A stretch of 51,823 nt of DNA from an uncultured bacterium (GCA_964385645.1 CAYLPT010000003.1:1-51823), one strand, 5' to 3'; shown: positions 18,456 to 27,830, counted from the stretch's first letter. Notes: a model not told the origin generated them from the letters alone. Made by a program: numbers and translations.

Positions 18456-19724
18456 CTAGAAAATGTACCGGTACAGCCATAGGTACCGCCACGCGTTGTC
18501 GGTGATGGACTGGATGATGCTGGTTCGCGACCCGCCGCCCGTCTGCGGCGGCCTTTCCGGCACAAAGACTACGTCGCGGTGCTCCAGCACCGGGTTCTGG
18601 CTCATGTCACCATGCTGGAAGAGCCGCTTCAGATCAGCGGGGATGCGCACCGGCGGGTCGGATCGCACCACCGCGCACCCGTCGAGGATGGCGTTGTCCT
18701 TGAGTCCCCCGGCGGTGGTGATGAGTTCGAGCAGCGTCGTGCCCGCCGGCACCATGTACTGCCCAGGCTCCTTGACCCCGCCCAGGATGTTCACCTCGGT
18801 GCAGTTGCGCGGCACGATCAGCTCGTCGCCGGCCTGGAGGATCGCGTTCCGCTCGCTCCGGGGGTTGGCGTCGAGCGCGGTGAGGTCAACCACGGTCTCG
18901 GACCCATCGGCGCGCACCAGCCGGGCCGACCGGGGGTTCCCGTCATCCGTCCAGCGGCCCGCCTCCTCGATGGCGTCCGAGAGGCGGGTGTCGTCGTCAT
19001 CCTTCAGCCAGTAGCGCCCCGGCTTCTTCACCGCGCCGGAGACCTTGTACTCACCCCGATCGCGCGCCCGGGATACCGCCCTGGCGACCGACACGCGGTC
19101 CCCTGGCTCCAGGAGTGGGTTCTGGTCGGCCTCGCCTAGGCGCCGATAGTCGCGCAGATTGTAGCGGCGCTCGCTGCCGTCGGCCTTCGTGAGGTAGACG
19201 GCGGCGAGGTCTCGCTCCTCGTCCTGCACACCACCCGCCTGGTTGACGGCGTCCAGCAGCCGCGAGCCCGACGACATCTCGTACTCGCCCGGCCGGCGGA
19301 CGTCCCCGATGACCATGACTCGGAAACGGCTGATGGTCAGAATCACGGTCGGGTTCCTGACATACTCGCCGATCTGGCGAGAGAGGGTCTCGGTGGCCTC
19401 GGTGGCGGTCTTGCCTGCCACCTCCACCGCGCCGACCATGTCGTCGGAGAACAGGATGGTCCCGTCGGCCCGGACCGAGTGGGAGCCGGAGTACTCGGGC
19501 GCCCCGAGGACGCTGATCGAGAGGGTGTCCCCCCTCCGGATGCGGTAGGCTGCAGGTGCCGTGCCCTCGACGGCCGGGGCGGCCAGCGCCGCCTCCTCGG
19601 CCTCGGCGAGGGCTGCAGGTTCCTCCAGCTCCGGTTCGGCGGGCGCCTGGGCCGGGCAGAGCCCGAGCAGGACGAAGCAGGCGACGACGATGACGACCAG
19701 CGATCGCGCTTGGCTCGCTTTCAT
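18456..19724 (-). CDS. Wza-like polysaccharide export protein with SLBB repeats
   Basis: Signal peptide, 'YRIRRGDTLSISV...VRADGTI', and three SLBB repeats (G-x-V-x-x-PG-x-Y ... L-x-x-GD). Confidence 0.92.
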   Translation of the reverse strand: MKASQARSLVVIVVACFVLLGLCPAQAPAEPELEEPAALAEAEEAALAAPAVEGTAPAAYRIRRGDTLSISVLGAPEYSGSHSVRADGTILFSDDMVGAVEVAGKTATEATETLSRQIGEYVRNPTVILTISRFRVMVIGDVRRPGEYEMSSGSRLLDAVNQAGGVQDEERDLAAVYLTKADGSERRYNLRDYRRLGEADQNPLLEPGDRVSVARAVSRARDRGEYKVSGAVKKPGRYWLKDDDDTRLSDAIEEAGRWTDDGNPRSARLVRADGSETVVDLTALDANPRSERNAILQAGDELIVPRNCTEVNILGGVKEPGQYMVPAGTTLLELITTAGGLKDNAILDGCAVVRSDPPVRIPADLKRLFQHGDMSQNPVLEHRDVVFVPERPPQTGGGSRTSIIQSITDNAWRYLWLYRYIF

Positions 19725-19774
19725 CACGCTATCCACCGCGGTGGTATGGTCATGTCCTTCGCCAGCCCAGGGGA

Positions 19775-19790
19775 TGCACAGACCGTGCCA
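19775..19790 (-). promoter_or_regulatory. sigma-54 promoter for the wza-wzc-deacetylase-transferase operon
   Basis: TGGCACG-GTCT-GTGCA with GG-N10-GC spacing, about 50 bp upstream of the wza start. Confidence 0.8.
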
Positions 19791-19862
19791 CGCGCGGCGC
19801 ACGACGGCCCCGGCGGACGGCCGAGGGCCTGCTCTGACCTGGAAACAGATTGACACAGGGGC

Positions 19863-19891
19863 TTGACATGCAGAAGGTATGCCACTATACT
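19863..19891 (+). promoter_or_regulatory. sigma-70-type promoter for the enhancer-binding-protein gene
   Basis: TTGACA-17 nt-TATACT in an AT-richer divergent intergenic region. Confidence 0.8.
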
Positions 19892-20349
19892 GCCAGGCGT
19901 CGTCTCTGCAGGCGATTGCCGCGATATCCGCAGCCTCTTCCCAGCCCGAGCGACAGCAGATCGCAGCCGCGAAAGCCCCGTGCCCAGGCGTGCTGCGCTT
20001 CGTGCTGACTTGGGTCTTGTTCTCCGCTGAGCTCCAGCGCAGTCGGCTACACTAGCCATGCGTGGAGCTGTGGCCATGGCTTACCGGCGGCCACGGGGCG
20101 GGGGCTTGCTGGGAATCGGCGGGGAGACGATGTGGACGTTCGGAGGGCGGGCTGCGGCGCAAGGCGCCTCCGGTCCCTCGGTCTGCCGCGCGTCATCTCC
20201 GCCTGGCGGCGTCGCGCCCGACGTAGTCCGACCTGATTCTCTTCTCTCCTCCAGCGGGCCCGCGACGCCTCAGCCCGGCGCCATCCCCTCTCCAGCCACC
20301 GTAGCGCCCGCCCGGGCGGCCACCGGCTCCACGCGGAAGGTGGTGCGAG

Positions 20350-21786
20350 ATGCCGACGCGTGGCCGGATTCTGGTCGCTGACGAGGAGGCCCGCAACCAC
20401 CAGGCCCTCTGCGCCCTCCTCAAGCGAGACGGCTACCAGGTGGAGGTCGCCTCCGACGGGCTCCGGGCCCGCCAGGCGCTGGAGGCGGGGCAGGTGGATC
20501 TGCTCATCGCCAGCCTGCTGGTTCCCGAGTCGGACGGCTTCGAGCTGCTCCGCGCCGCCAAGCGCGTCCGCCCGGGGGTGCCTGTCATCCTGTTCTCGGG
20601 CTACGGGACCATCGAGACCGCCGTGCAGGCGCTGAAGCAGGGGGCCTACCACTACTTCCAGGAGCCCCTCGACATGGACCTGGTCCGCCAGGTCGTCTGC
20701 GAGGCGCTCCAGGGGCGCGAGCGGGCCCCCGCGGCCGCCGAGCCAGACCCTCCGGCGCAGAGGGATACCGCCGATGCGGCCAAGCTGGGGATCATCGGGC
20801 AGGGCCCGTGGCTCGGTCGGGTCCTGGAGCTGCTGGGGCGTGTGGCGCCGACGAGGGCGACGGTGCTGCTGACGGGCGAGAGCGGCACGGGCAAGGAGCT
20901 GTTCGCCCGGGCGGTCCACCGTATGAGCGGCAGGAAGGGGCCCTTTGTGGCGGTGTCGTGCGCCGCGCTGTCGCGGGAGCTGCTGGAGAGCGAGCTGTTC
21001 GGGCACGAGAAGGGGTCCTTCACAGGGGCGGATCGGCGCAAGCCGGGGCGCTTCGAGCTGGCGAACGGGGGCACGCTGCTGCTGGACGAGATCATTGACA
21101 TCCCTCTCGACCTGCAGGTCAAGCTCCTGCGCGTGCTCCAGCAGCACGAGTTCGAGCGCGTGGGTGGGACCGATACCCTGCAGGTAGATGTGCGGATCGT
21201 GGCCGCCTGCAACCGGGACATCGCGGAGGCGGTGCGCCAGCGCGTCTTCCGCGAGGACCTCTACTATCGCCTGAAGGTCGTGGAGATCACGCTGCCGCCC
21301 CTGCGGGAGCGGCAGGAGGACATCGCGCCGCTCGCGCACCACTTCGCGCAGGCCTACGCCAGGGCGAACGGCAGGAAGCCCCTGGGCGTGCCGGAGAGGG
21401 TGATCCGGCTCCTGGAGCGGCACCCCTGGCCGGGCAATGTCCGGGAACTCGAGAACGCCATCGAGCGGGCGGTGGTCCTGTCCCATCCTGAGGCGACGGA
21501 GCTGGATCCCTCGCTGCTCCCGGAGTCCATCTACGGGCGGCAGGCGCCCGTCGCGGCGAAGGTCACGGGCGGCTTGCACTCTGGGGCCGGCCGGCGGCGG
21601 CAGTCGAGCGTGCTGCAGGACATGGACGAGGCGGCGCGGGCGGCCTGCCTGCGGGAGGCGCTGGAGCGCTTCAGCGGCAACGCCGCGGCGGTGGCGCGGC
21701 GCCTGGGCGTATCCCCTCGCATGGTCCGCTACTACGCGGACAAGTACGGTCTGCCGCGGCGAGGCTACGGCGGCCGTGCCTGCTGA
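20350..21786 (+). CDS. sigma-54-dependent transcriptional activator (NtrC/Fis-family bEBP) with an atypical receiver domain
   Basis: Walker A 'GESGTGKE', 'ESELFGHEKGSFTGA', Walker B 'LLLDEI', 'FREDLYYRL', 'WPGNVRELEN' and a C-terminal HTH. Confidence 0.96.
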   Translation: MPTRGRILVADEEARNHQALCALLKRDGYQVEVASDGLRARQALEAGQVDLLIASLLVPESDGFELLRAAKRVRPGVPVILFSGYGTIETAVQALKQGAYHYFQEPLDMDLVRQVVCEALQGRERAPAAAEPDPPAQRDTADAAKLGIIGQGPWLGRVLELLGRVAPTRATVLLTGESGTGKELFARAVHRMSGRKGPFVAVSCAALSRELLESELFGHEKGSFTGADRRKPGRFELANGGTLLLDEIIDIPLDLQVKLLRVLQQHEFERVGGTDTLQVDVRIVAACNRDIAEAVRQRVFREDLYYRLKVVEITLPPLRERQEDIAPLAHHFAQAYARANGRKPLGVPERVIRLLERHPWPGNVRELENAIERAVVLSHPEATELDPSLLPESIYGRQAPVAAKVTGGLHSGAGRRRQSSVLQDMDEAARAACLREALERFSGNAAAVARRLGVSPRMVRYYADKYGLPRRGYGGRAC

Positions 21787-21802
21787 GGGCGTGAGCGGCG
21801 CT

Positions 21803-21818
21803 TGGCACGGTTATTGCT
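21803..21818 (+). promoter_or_regulatory. sigma-54 promoter upstream of the receiver-PilZ gene and rpoN
   Basis: TGGCACG-GTTA-TTGCT is a perfect consensus, 16 bp after the bEBP stop. Confidence 0.85.
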
Positions 21819-21874
21819 CGTCGGCGACCAGCCAGACAGCACTCCCTCAGAGAGGATGCGGGGGTCTCGTCACC

Positions 21875-22930
21875 GTGGCAAGCACCGAGGTCCCTGTCGC
21901 GCTGGCTGCGGACGCCGACCGGCAGTGCAATGAGAGTCTGTCCTCCTACCTGGAGGCGGCCGGGTGGAGGGTCCTGCGCGCGTACGAGGGCCGCTCGGCC
22001 CTCGCCATCCTCAGTTCCGAGCCGGTGTGCCTGGCGATCCTCGACCGCGACCTGCCCGAGGTGGATGCGGCCCGGGTCGTGTCGGCCGCACGGGCGAGCG
22101 GCCGGTGCTTCCAGGTCGTCTTCCTCGGGGACGCGCCTGGGCACGCCGAGGCCAAGGAGGGCGAGATGAGGGCCCTGGCGTGTCTTGCCAAGCCGCTGTG
22201 CACGGCATCCCTGGGCCCCGTGCTGCAGGAGGCCCTGCGCATGTCCGGTTCCGAGGATGGCGCCAGGAGCGGCGACTGCGCCTGGCCGGGTGAGTTGCAG
22301 GCAGGCGGGCGGGTGCGGCTGTCGGTGCGCACAGGGCCGGCGGCAGGGGGGTGTGCCGCCACCGTCGTCGAGGTGCGCCCCGAGGCGCTGGCCGTTCGCT
22401 GCGGCCCCGGGAGGGCCTCGCCGCGCTACATGCCGCTCGGCACCCTCGTAGTGGTCGGGTTCGGTTCGCCCCGCGGGTGGTGTGAGTGCGCCTCCCGCGT
22501 CGTCGCCTCACACGAGAACACGAGCGGCCTGGAGATGCTGCTCTCGGCCCCTGCGCGCATCGAGTATACCGAGCGGCGGCGGGGGACCCGCCGCGCGGCC
22601 TCCTTGGCCGTGGACGCGCGACCGCTGGGCCCAGCCGGGGAGGAGGGCGCGCCGGTCCCGGGCTGGACCGAGGAAATCGGGCCGGCGGGGTTGCGGGCGG
22701 TGCTCGACCGGCCGCTCAGGGGTGAGGGGGCGGTGGTGTTGTCGCTGTCCGGCCTGCGGGGCGGTGAGCGGGCCCTGGTGGCGGGGCGCACGGTCTGGTG
22801 GCAGGACTGCGGGCCCTCGGGCGACACCCGGCGCAGGTACGGATTCCGGTTCGTCCGCCTGCTGGGGGGTCGGTGGGGGAGCTTGGATGAGTTCGTCGCC
22901 GAGGCGACGGGAGAAAGCGAACAGCCCTGA
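21875..22930 (+). CDS. Receiver domain + YcgR-N-like + PilZ-like protein
   Basis: Receiver 'LAILDRDLP...CLAKP', a central beta-rich domain, then PilZ 'ERRRGTR...EEIGPAGLR...GRTVW...YGFRF'. GTG start chosen downstream of the sigma-54 promoter. Confidence 0.7.
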   Translation: MASTEVPVALAADADRQCNESLSSYLEAAGWRVLRAYEGRSALAILSSEPVCLAILDRDLPEVDAARVVSAARASGRCFQVVFLGDAPGHAEAKEGEMRALACLAKPLCTASLGPVLQEALRMSGSEDGARSGDCAWPGELQAGGRVRLSVRTGPAAGGCAATVVEVRPEALAVRCGPGRASPRYMPLGTLVVVGFGSPRGWCECASRVVASHENTSGLEMLLSAPARIEYTERRRGTRRAASLAVDARPLGPAGEEGAPVPGWTEEIGPAGLRAVLDRPLRGEGAVVLSLSGLRGGERALVAGRTVWWQDCGPSGDTRRRYGFRFVRLLGGRWGSLDEFVAEATGESEQP

Positions 22931-22938
22931 GGCGGCGC

Positions 22939-24357
22939 ATGCGAAGCGTCCAGCGAATCGAGCCCAGGACGACACAGACGCAGCGGGTCAGCCCGAGGCT
23001 GGTCGTCGCGGGAACGGTGCTGCAGATGTCGTCCGAGGAGCTCCGGCTCCGCCTCCAGGAGGAGGCACACGCCAACCCGGCGTTGGAGATCGTGTGGGAG
23101 AACCTCTGCCCGAGCTGCGGTCGCGGCCTGTCGGGGGACACCTGTTGGTTCTGCCGCAACGGCCAGCTGGAAAGTGGCGGTCCGCCGGCGATCTACGACG
23201 GGCCTCTGCCCGGCGAGCCGCGCGCCCGACGCTGGGACGGTGAGGAGAATGGCGACCCGCTCGAGCGGGTGCACAGCCCCTGCTCGCTCCAGGACCACGT
23301 GCTCCTCCAGGCCCGCCTCACGGTCGCGAACAGGGACCTGCCCATCGCCGAGTATCTGGTGGCGGGCCTGAGCGACGAGGGGCTGCTAGAGGTGGATGTG
23401 GAGGAGGCCGCGCAGGCCACCGGCGCAGACGCCGCCCGCGTCTGCGAGGTCCTCTCGGCGCTACAGGGGCTCGATCCACCCGGGGTCTGCGCGCGGTCGG
23501 TCCAGGAATCGGTGCTCATCCAGGTGCGACAACTCGCCGACGAGGAGCGGGTCCCTGAGCTGGCCGAGCCGATCCTGGCGCGCCACTGGCGGGACCTGGC
23601 GAACCACTCCTACGAGAAGATCGCCCGTCGGCTCGGCGTCTCCTGCGAGGCCGTCCAGGAGGCCGCGGAGTTCATCCGTACCAGGCTGTGCCCTTACCCG
23701 GGGCGGCTCTACCACTCGCCCTACGACGGGGCGGGGGGCGACCACGCGCCGGCGCTGCGCTTCGACCTGGCGATCAGGCGGGAGCTGGCGGACTACGTGG
23801 TGGAGGTGGTCCGGCCCTACGACTTCGAGCTGAGGGTGAGCGAGGCCTACCGCCGGCTGGGGGCGGTGGCGGGCAACGGACACGCCGGCGCCGCCGAGTA
23901 CCAGATGGCCCTGGATCAGTACCGCCGGGCCACCTGGCTGCTGCAGAGCATCAAGCTCCGGGAACAGACCCTCCGTGACATCGGCGAGTACCTGATCCGC
24001 GTCCAGCGGCCGTTCCTGGACACCGAGTCAGAGCAGAAGATGAAGCCGCTGACCCAGACCCGGGTGGCGAGCGAGACTGGCAAGCACCCCTCCACCGTCT
24101 CGCGGGCGATCTCGGGCAAGTTCGTCCTGCTGCCGAGCGGGCGGCTGATGGGCCTCGAGCGGTTCTTCTCCCCCGCGGTAGCACCCAAGACGGTGATCGC
24201 CGAGCTGCTCGCCAAGGAAAACCCCGAGAAGCCGCTGACCGACGAGCAGATCTGCCGCATCCTGCGAATCCGGGGGTTCAGCATCGCCCGGCGGACGGTG
24301 GCGAAGTACCGCCTCGCGCTCCGCCTGCCGAGCTCCATCCAGCGCGGGTACCACTAG
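22939..24357 (+). CDS. rpoN: RNA polymerase sigma-54 factor
   Basis: Region I 'QTQRVSPRL...LQMSSEEL...NPALE', 'LDPPGVCARS', HTH 'HPSTVSRA' and RpoN box 'ARRTVAKYR'. Confidence 0.96.
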   Translation: MRSVQRIEPRTTQTQRVSPRLVVAGTVLQMSSEELRLRLQEEAHANPALEIVWENLCPSCGRGLSGDTCWFCRNGQLESGGPPAIYDGPLPGEPRARRWDGEENGDPLERVHSPCSLQDHVLLQARLTVANRDLPIAEYLVAGLSDEGLLEVDVEEAAQATGADAARVCEVLSALQGLDPPGVCARSVQESVLIQVRQLADEERVPELAEPILARHWRDLANHSYEKIARRLGVSCEAVQEAAEFIRTRLCPYPGRLYHSPYDGAGGDHAPALRFDLAIRRELADYVVEVVRPYDFELRVSEAYRRLGAVAGNGHAGAAEYQMALDQYRRATWLLQSIKLREQTLRDIGEYLIRVQRPFLDTESEQKMKPLTQTRVASETGKHPSTVSRAISGKFVLLPSGRLMGLERFFSPAVAPKTVIAELLAKENPEKPLTDEQICRILRIRGFSIARRTVAKYRLALRLPSSIQRGYH

Positions 24358-24380
24358 CCGCGGGCACCCTGGCGGCGCCC

Positions 24381-26180
24381 TCACTCCACGTCCACGATCG
24401 CTGGCAGAGCCGGCAGCTCGACCTCGCCCTCTTCCAGCACCCCCTCGTGCGGCACCTCCGCGTCCGCCCGCAGGAGCAGAAAGTCGGCTGGCGGCAGAGT
24501 CGCGGCGAGGGTCCAGCCGGGCGGCGTCCAGGGCGGGCCGAGCGCCGGATCGCGGTCGCGGGCGCCGATCTGCTGCGCGATCACCGCCTGAAGGAGCTGC
24601 CACCGCCCCACCCCCTCCTCCGGCGGCCATCCAGAGAGCGGGGCCGACAGGAAGATCGCGTCCGGCACGACGCCCGCGCGCTCCAGCCGCTGGAGGCTCT
24701 CGCACCTCGTGGCGTCGGCCGCCTCGGCGATGCTGATCGGATTGTCCTCGTCCGGCTCCGGTGGCGAGGCCTGGGGTATCCAGATCGCGGTCCGGTTGGC
24801 GTACCACGCAACAGCCCAGGGCTGGTCCGTCAGTACGATCGCGTTCGCCGGCAGCGCTCGGCCCAGGTACTCCCAGTTCTGCCGGTCAGGCGGGGACGGC
24901 CTCCGGCCCGGCACGGCCAGCAGGGCTATCGGGAGCGCGGCGAGACACAACACCGCGGCAGTCCCCACGGCCGCAGGGCGGACGCCGATATGCCGCTCAC
25001 GCAGCACGAGGACAAACGCCGTCGCCCCGAGCGCGGCCGTGATGCCCGCGGTGCCGTAGAGCAGGTCGTACATCCCCTCGCCGGCGGCTAGGTTGAGCGA
25101 CACCAGCACCAGGCCGGCCAGAAACGCCCACTTCAGGCCGTTGCCCGCGCGGGAGCGCAGGTCGAGGACTAGCGCGAGACCGAATAGAGGCAGGAGGACC
25201 ATGCCGAGGAGCATCGGCAGGGTCGTCTCCAGGGCCACCAGATTGGTCAAGGTCTTCCTGGCCACCTCCCGGTAGTGTCCGAAGACGAACGTCAGCGCGG
25301 GGGTGTTGTCGAGGCTTGAGCTGACGTGCCGGTAGAGGCTGGACAGCGGATACGTGCCTGTGTTCATGGCAAGCTGGTAGCTGCGGAGGCCGGCGAACGG
25401 GCTGCCCGCGACGAGGAAGTTACGCACAAGCCACGGCGCGACGGCGGCGAAGGACCCGACGAGGAACAGGCCGACGTGCCGAAGCCGCTCAGAGCGCTGG
25501 AGGGCGTACACCAGCGCGGCGGCCGGGATCACGAACAGCAGGGCCGCGAAGTCGGTGAGATAGAGGACGCCGAACGCGACCCCGGAGAGCACGCTCCAGC
25601 GGCGGGCGCCCGGGTGGCGGACGATCAGGTAGAACAGCAGGGTCAGGAAGAAGGCCGTGGCCGCGACGTTGAGCCCGGTGTGGGTGGCCTTCAGGAGCCC
25701 CGGGTGGAGCCCGACGAGGAGCGCGGCGAGCGCGCCGGCCGGCGGGCCGAGCAGCCGCGAGGCGAGCAGGTACGTGAGTATGACGGTCAGCAGCGCCAGC
25801 GCGATCGAGAGAAGGATCATCGCGCGCTCGGTGGCGCCGAACAGGTTGAACCCGATCGCCAGCAGGAAGGGGTAGACGGGCGCGTTGTACAGGTCGGGAT
25901 GGCGCTCCACGCGGGGCGCCTTGGCGAGGCTGAACGGCCGCACGATGCTAGTCGTGAAGCCGTGGCCGTCGCTGATGTTGCGCCCAACCTGGGCCGCGTC
26001 CATCGCGTCCGGTATCCGGATGCCGGTGAAGTGGCTGCTGAAGAACCAGCCGTAGACGACCACACACGGAAGTAGCCAGGCGAGGTGGAAGAGCGCGGTT
26101 CGGACTCCCGCCTCGATTCGGTCGCGGCTGCGCGCGGCCGGGGCCGCCGGCTGTTGCACGACTCCTTCACTCGTGGCCAT
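24381..26180 (-). CDS. Glycosyltransferase family 39/83-like (PMT/ArnT, GT-C fold) membrane protein
   Basis: 'DAMDAAQVGRNISDGHGFTT', 'PVYPFLLA', 'PWLVRN' and many TM segments. Co-oriented directly downstream of the exosortase. Confidence 0.8.
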   Translation of the reverse strand: MATSEGVVQQPAAPAARSRDRIEAGVRTALFHLAWLLPCVVVYGWFFSSHFTGIRIPDAMDAAQVGRNISDGHGFTTSIVRPFSLAKAPRVERHPDLYNAPVYPFLLAIGFNLFGATERAMILLSIALALLTVILTYLLASRLLGPPAGALAALLVGLHPGLLKATHTGLNVAATAFFLTLLFYLIVRHPGARRWSVLSGVAFGVLYLTDFAALLFVIPAAALVYALQRSERLRHVGLFLVGSFAAVAPWLVRNFLVAGSPFAGLRSYQLAMNTGTYPLSSLYRHVSSSLDNTPALTFVFGHYREVARKTLTNLVALETTLPMLLGMVLLPLFGLALVLDLRSRAGNGLKWAFLAGLVLVSLNLAAGEGMYDLLYGTAGITAALGATAFVLVLRERHIGVRPAAVGTAAVLCLAALPIALLAVPGRRPSPPDRQNWEYLGRALPANAIVLTDQPWAVAWYANRTAIWIPQASPPEPDEDNPISIAEAADATRCESLQRLERAGVVPDAIFLSAPLSGWPPEEGVGRWQLLQAVIAQQIGARDRDPALGPPWTPPGWTLAATLPPADFLLLRADAEVPHEGVLEEGEVELPALPAIVDVE

Positions 26181-26222
26181 CACGTCCTCCTGAGTAGGGC
26201 CATGTGGCGCCGCCCTGGGCGC

Positions 26223-27812
26223 TCACAGCCCTGTAGCAGCATTCAAAGTCGGGTAAAGCTCCCGGAGGAGTTCCTCGGCCGCCTCTACCGCCGCCTCCGT
26301 CGAACCGGCCACCGGGGCCGTGACGCGGATCAGCGCGCCGCCGCTGGGGCGGTTCAGGAGCCGGTTGCGCAGCAGGCGGTACTGGAAGATGACCCAGCTC
26401 GGCGACGTCTCCTCGTGGGAGGCGAACCAGTAGAGCACGACCCGGCGGAAGTCCTGGCGCTGGAGCAGGAACTCGTTGGCGACCAAAGGCGCGCCCGCGC
26501 CCACGGACAGCTTGCGCCGGTTCTTCTCAAGGATGTTCCAGCCGCCGCCCAGCAGGCAGAAGCCGGGTGAGTGGAAGGTCTCCTTCTCCCGCCCGACGAC
26601 GATGGCAATGTCCGACCAGTAGCCGTCCTCGCGCACATACAGGCGAGCGACGTAGGCGTCGGGGCGGAGCATCTCCTGGCTCGTCCGATCCAGGGGCCCC
26701 AGGTCCTCGCCCTGCCACTGTTCTGTCTCCATGGGGAGGAGGGAGAAGTCGGAGCTGATGGGCTCGCCCGCCTCAGTGGCCGCATGGGAGCCGACGACCA
26801 GCAGGGCCGTGACGGCGAGCAGGGCCAGGGGCGGCAGGTAGGTCGGCCAGGGGCGCGCGCTCGGCTGGTGGGGCCGGGGCGGCGCGGTCGCATGAGCCGG
26901 GGCATCGCCGCCGGAGTCGCACGGCCCGCGGCCGGAGGGGTAGCGCAGGCCGAGCATCCGTGCGACGCCGGCGAGCCCCACGGCGGCGGTCACGTAGACG
27001 ACGGCGACGCCTGAGAAGCCATGCAGGAAGCCCTGCGCGGCATCCCGGCCCCACCAGGAGCCGATGGCGAGGATGCAGAGAATGCGGACGACGTTCGCGA
27101 TCAACGCTAGGGGAACGGTCAGGGCGAAGAGCGCCCCGCGCTTCCAGATAGGCCCCGTGAGGATGTACGCAGCCAGCGCCCCGACGGCGAGCAGGGCGAC
27201 GAGGGACTTCATGCCACTGCACGGCGCGCCCACCGAGAACGTGTAGCGAGGCAGGTGGATGTCCACGCCGTCACGCATCACCGGGACGCCAAAGAGGCCG
27301 GTGATCATGGCCGCGAACCTGGCGGAGAAGAGCTGCATCGGGAAGCTGAGGAACTCGACGAGGGTGTCCGGCCAGGGGATCGCGAACCAGAGGAACCCGT
27401 AGGCAAAGGCGAGGAGGCGGCTCGCCGCCGGCCCCAGCAAGTAGAGCATCAGACCGCCCAGGACGACCAGGAGCGACACCCGGGGCAGGAAGTGCACGTC
27501 GGAGAGGATGCCGAAAGGGTAGAGCAGGAGGCCCACGGCGATCACGACCAGCGCCCAGCCCCACCGCTGCGCCGCCGCGGCCGCGCCGCGGCGGCGCTCC
27601 CAGGCGAAGTAGCCAACCACGAAGGGCACGAGGAAGCCGTGGGAGGCGTTCTCGTTCGTCCACCACGTTCCCACCATGTCGGTCACCACCGGCCCGTACA
27701 GCGCGCACAGCGCGACGCACAGCAGCACCGGCGGCGCCGCGCGGCCGATGGGCGCGGCCCGCCGCGGTGCCGCCTGCGCCCCCTCCAGAGTCACTTCGCG
27801 CTCGGTCGCCAT
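26223..27812 (-). CDS. Exosortase (EpsH) fused to a C-terminal EpsI domain
   Basis: 'SHGFLVP' and the catalytic Cys/Arg/His motifs 'APCSGMKSL', 'NVVRI', 'FLHGFSG'. EpsI motifs 'HSPGFCLLGGGW', 'VLYWF', 'GALIRV'. Confidence 0.94.
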   Translation of the reverse strand: MATEREVTLEGAQAAPRRAAPIGRAAPPVLLCVALCALYGPVVTDMVGTWWTNENASHGFLVPFVVGYFAWERRRGAAAAAQRWGWALVVIAVGLLLYPFGILSDVHFLPRVSLLVVLGGLMLYLLGPAASRLLAFAYGFLWFAIPWPDTLVEFLSFPMQLFSARFAAMITGLFGVPVMRDGVDIHLPRYTFSVGAPCSGMKSLVALLAVGALAAYILTGPIWKRGALFALTVPLALIANVVRILCILAIGSWWGRDAAQGFLHGFSGVAVVYVTAAVGLAGVARMLGLRYPSGRGPCDSGGDAPAHATAPPRPHQPSARPWPTYLPPLALLAVTALLVVGSHAATEAGEPISSDFSLLPMETEQWQGEDLGPLDRTSQEMLRPDAYVARLYVREDGYWSDIAIVVGREKETFHSPGFCLLGGGWNILEKNRRKLSVGAGAPLVANEFLLQRQDFRRVVLYWFASHEETSPSWVIFQYRLLRNRLLNRPSGGALIRVTAPVAGSTEAAVEAAEELLRELYPTLNAATGL

Positions 27813-27830
27813 GGCGTGAAGTGACATCGG

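Noticed and set aside
19897-20349. c-di-GMP riboswitch in the activator leader
   Set aside because: The class I and class II consensus elements could not be matched by eye. The region is kept only as an unexplained leader.
20047-21579. 510-aa minus-strand ORF
   Set aside because: It is the typical antisense shadow of a sigma-54 activator gene.
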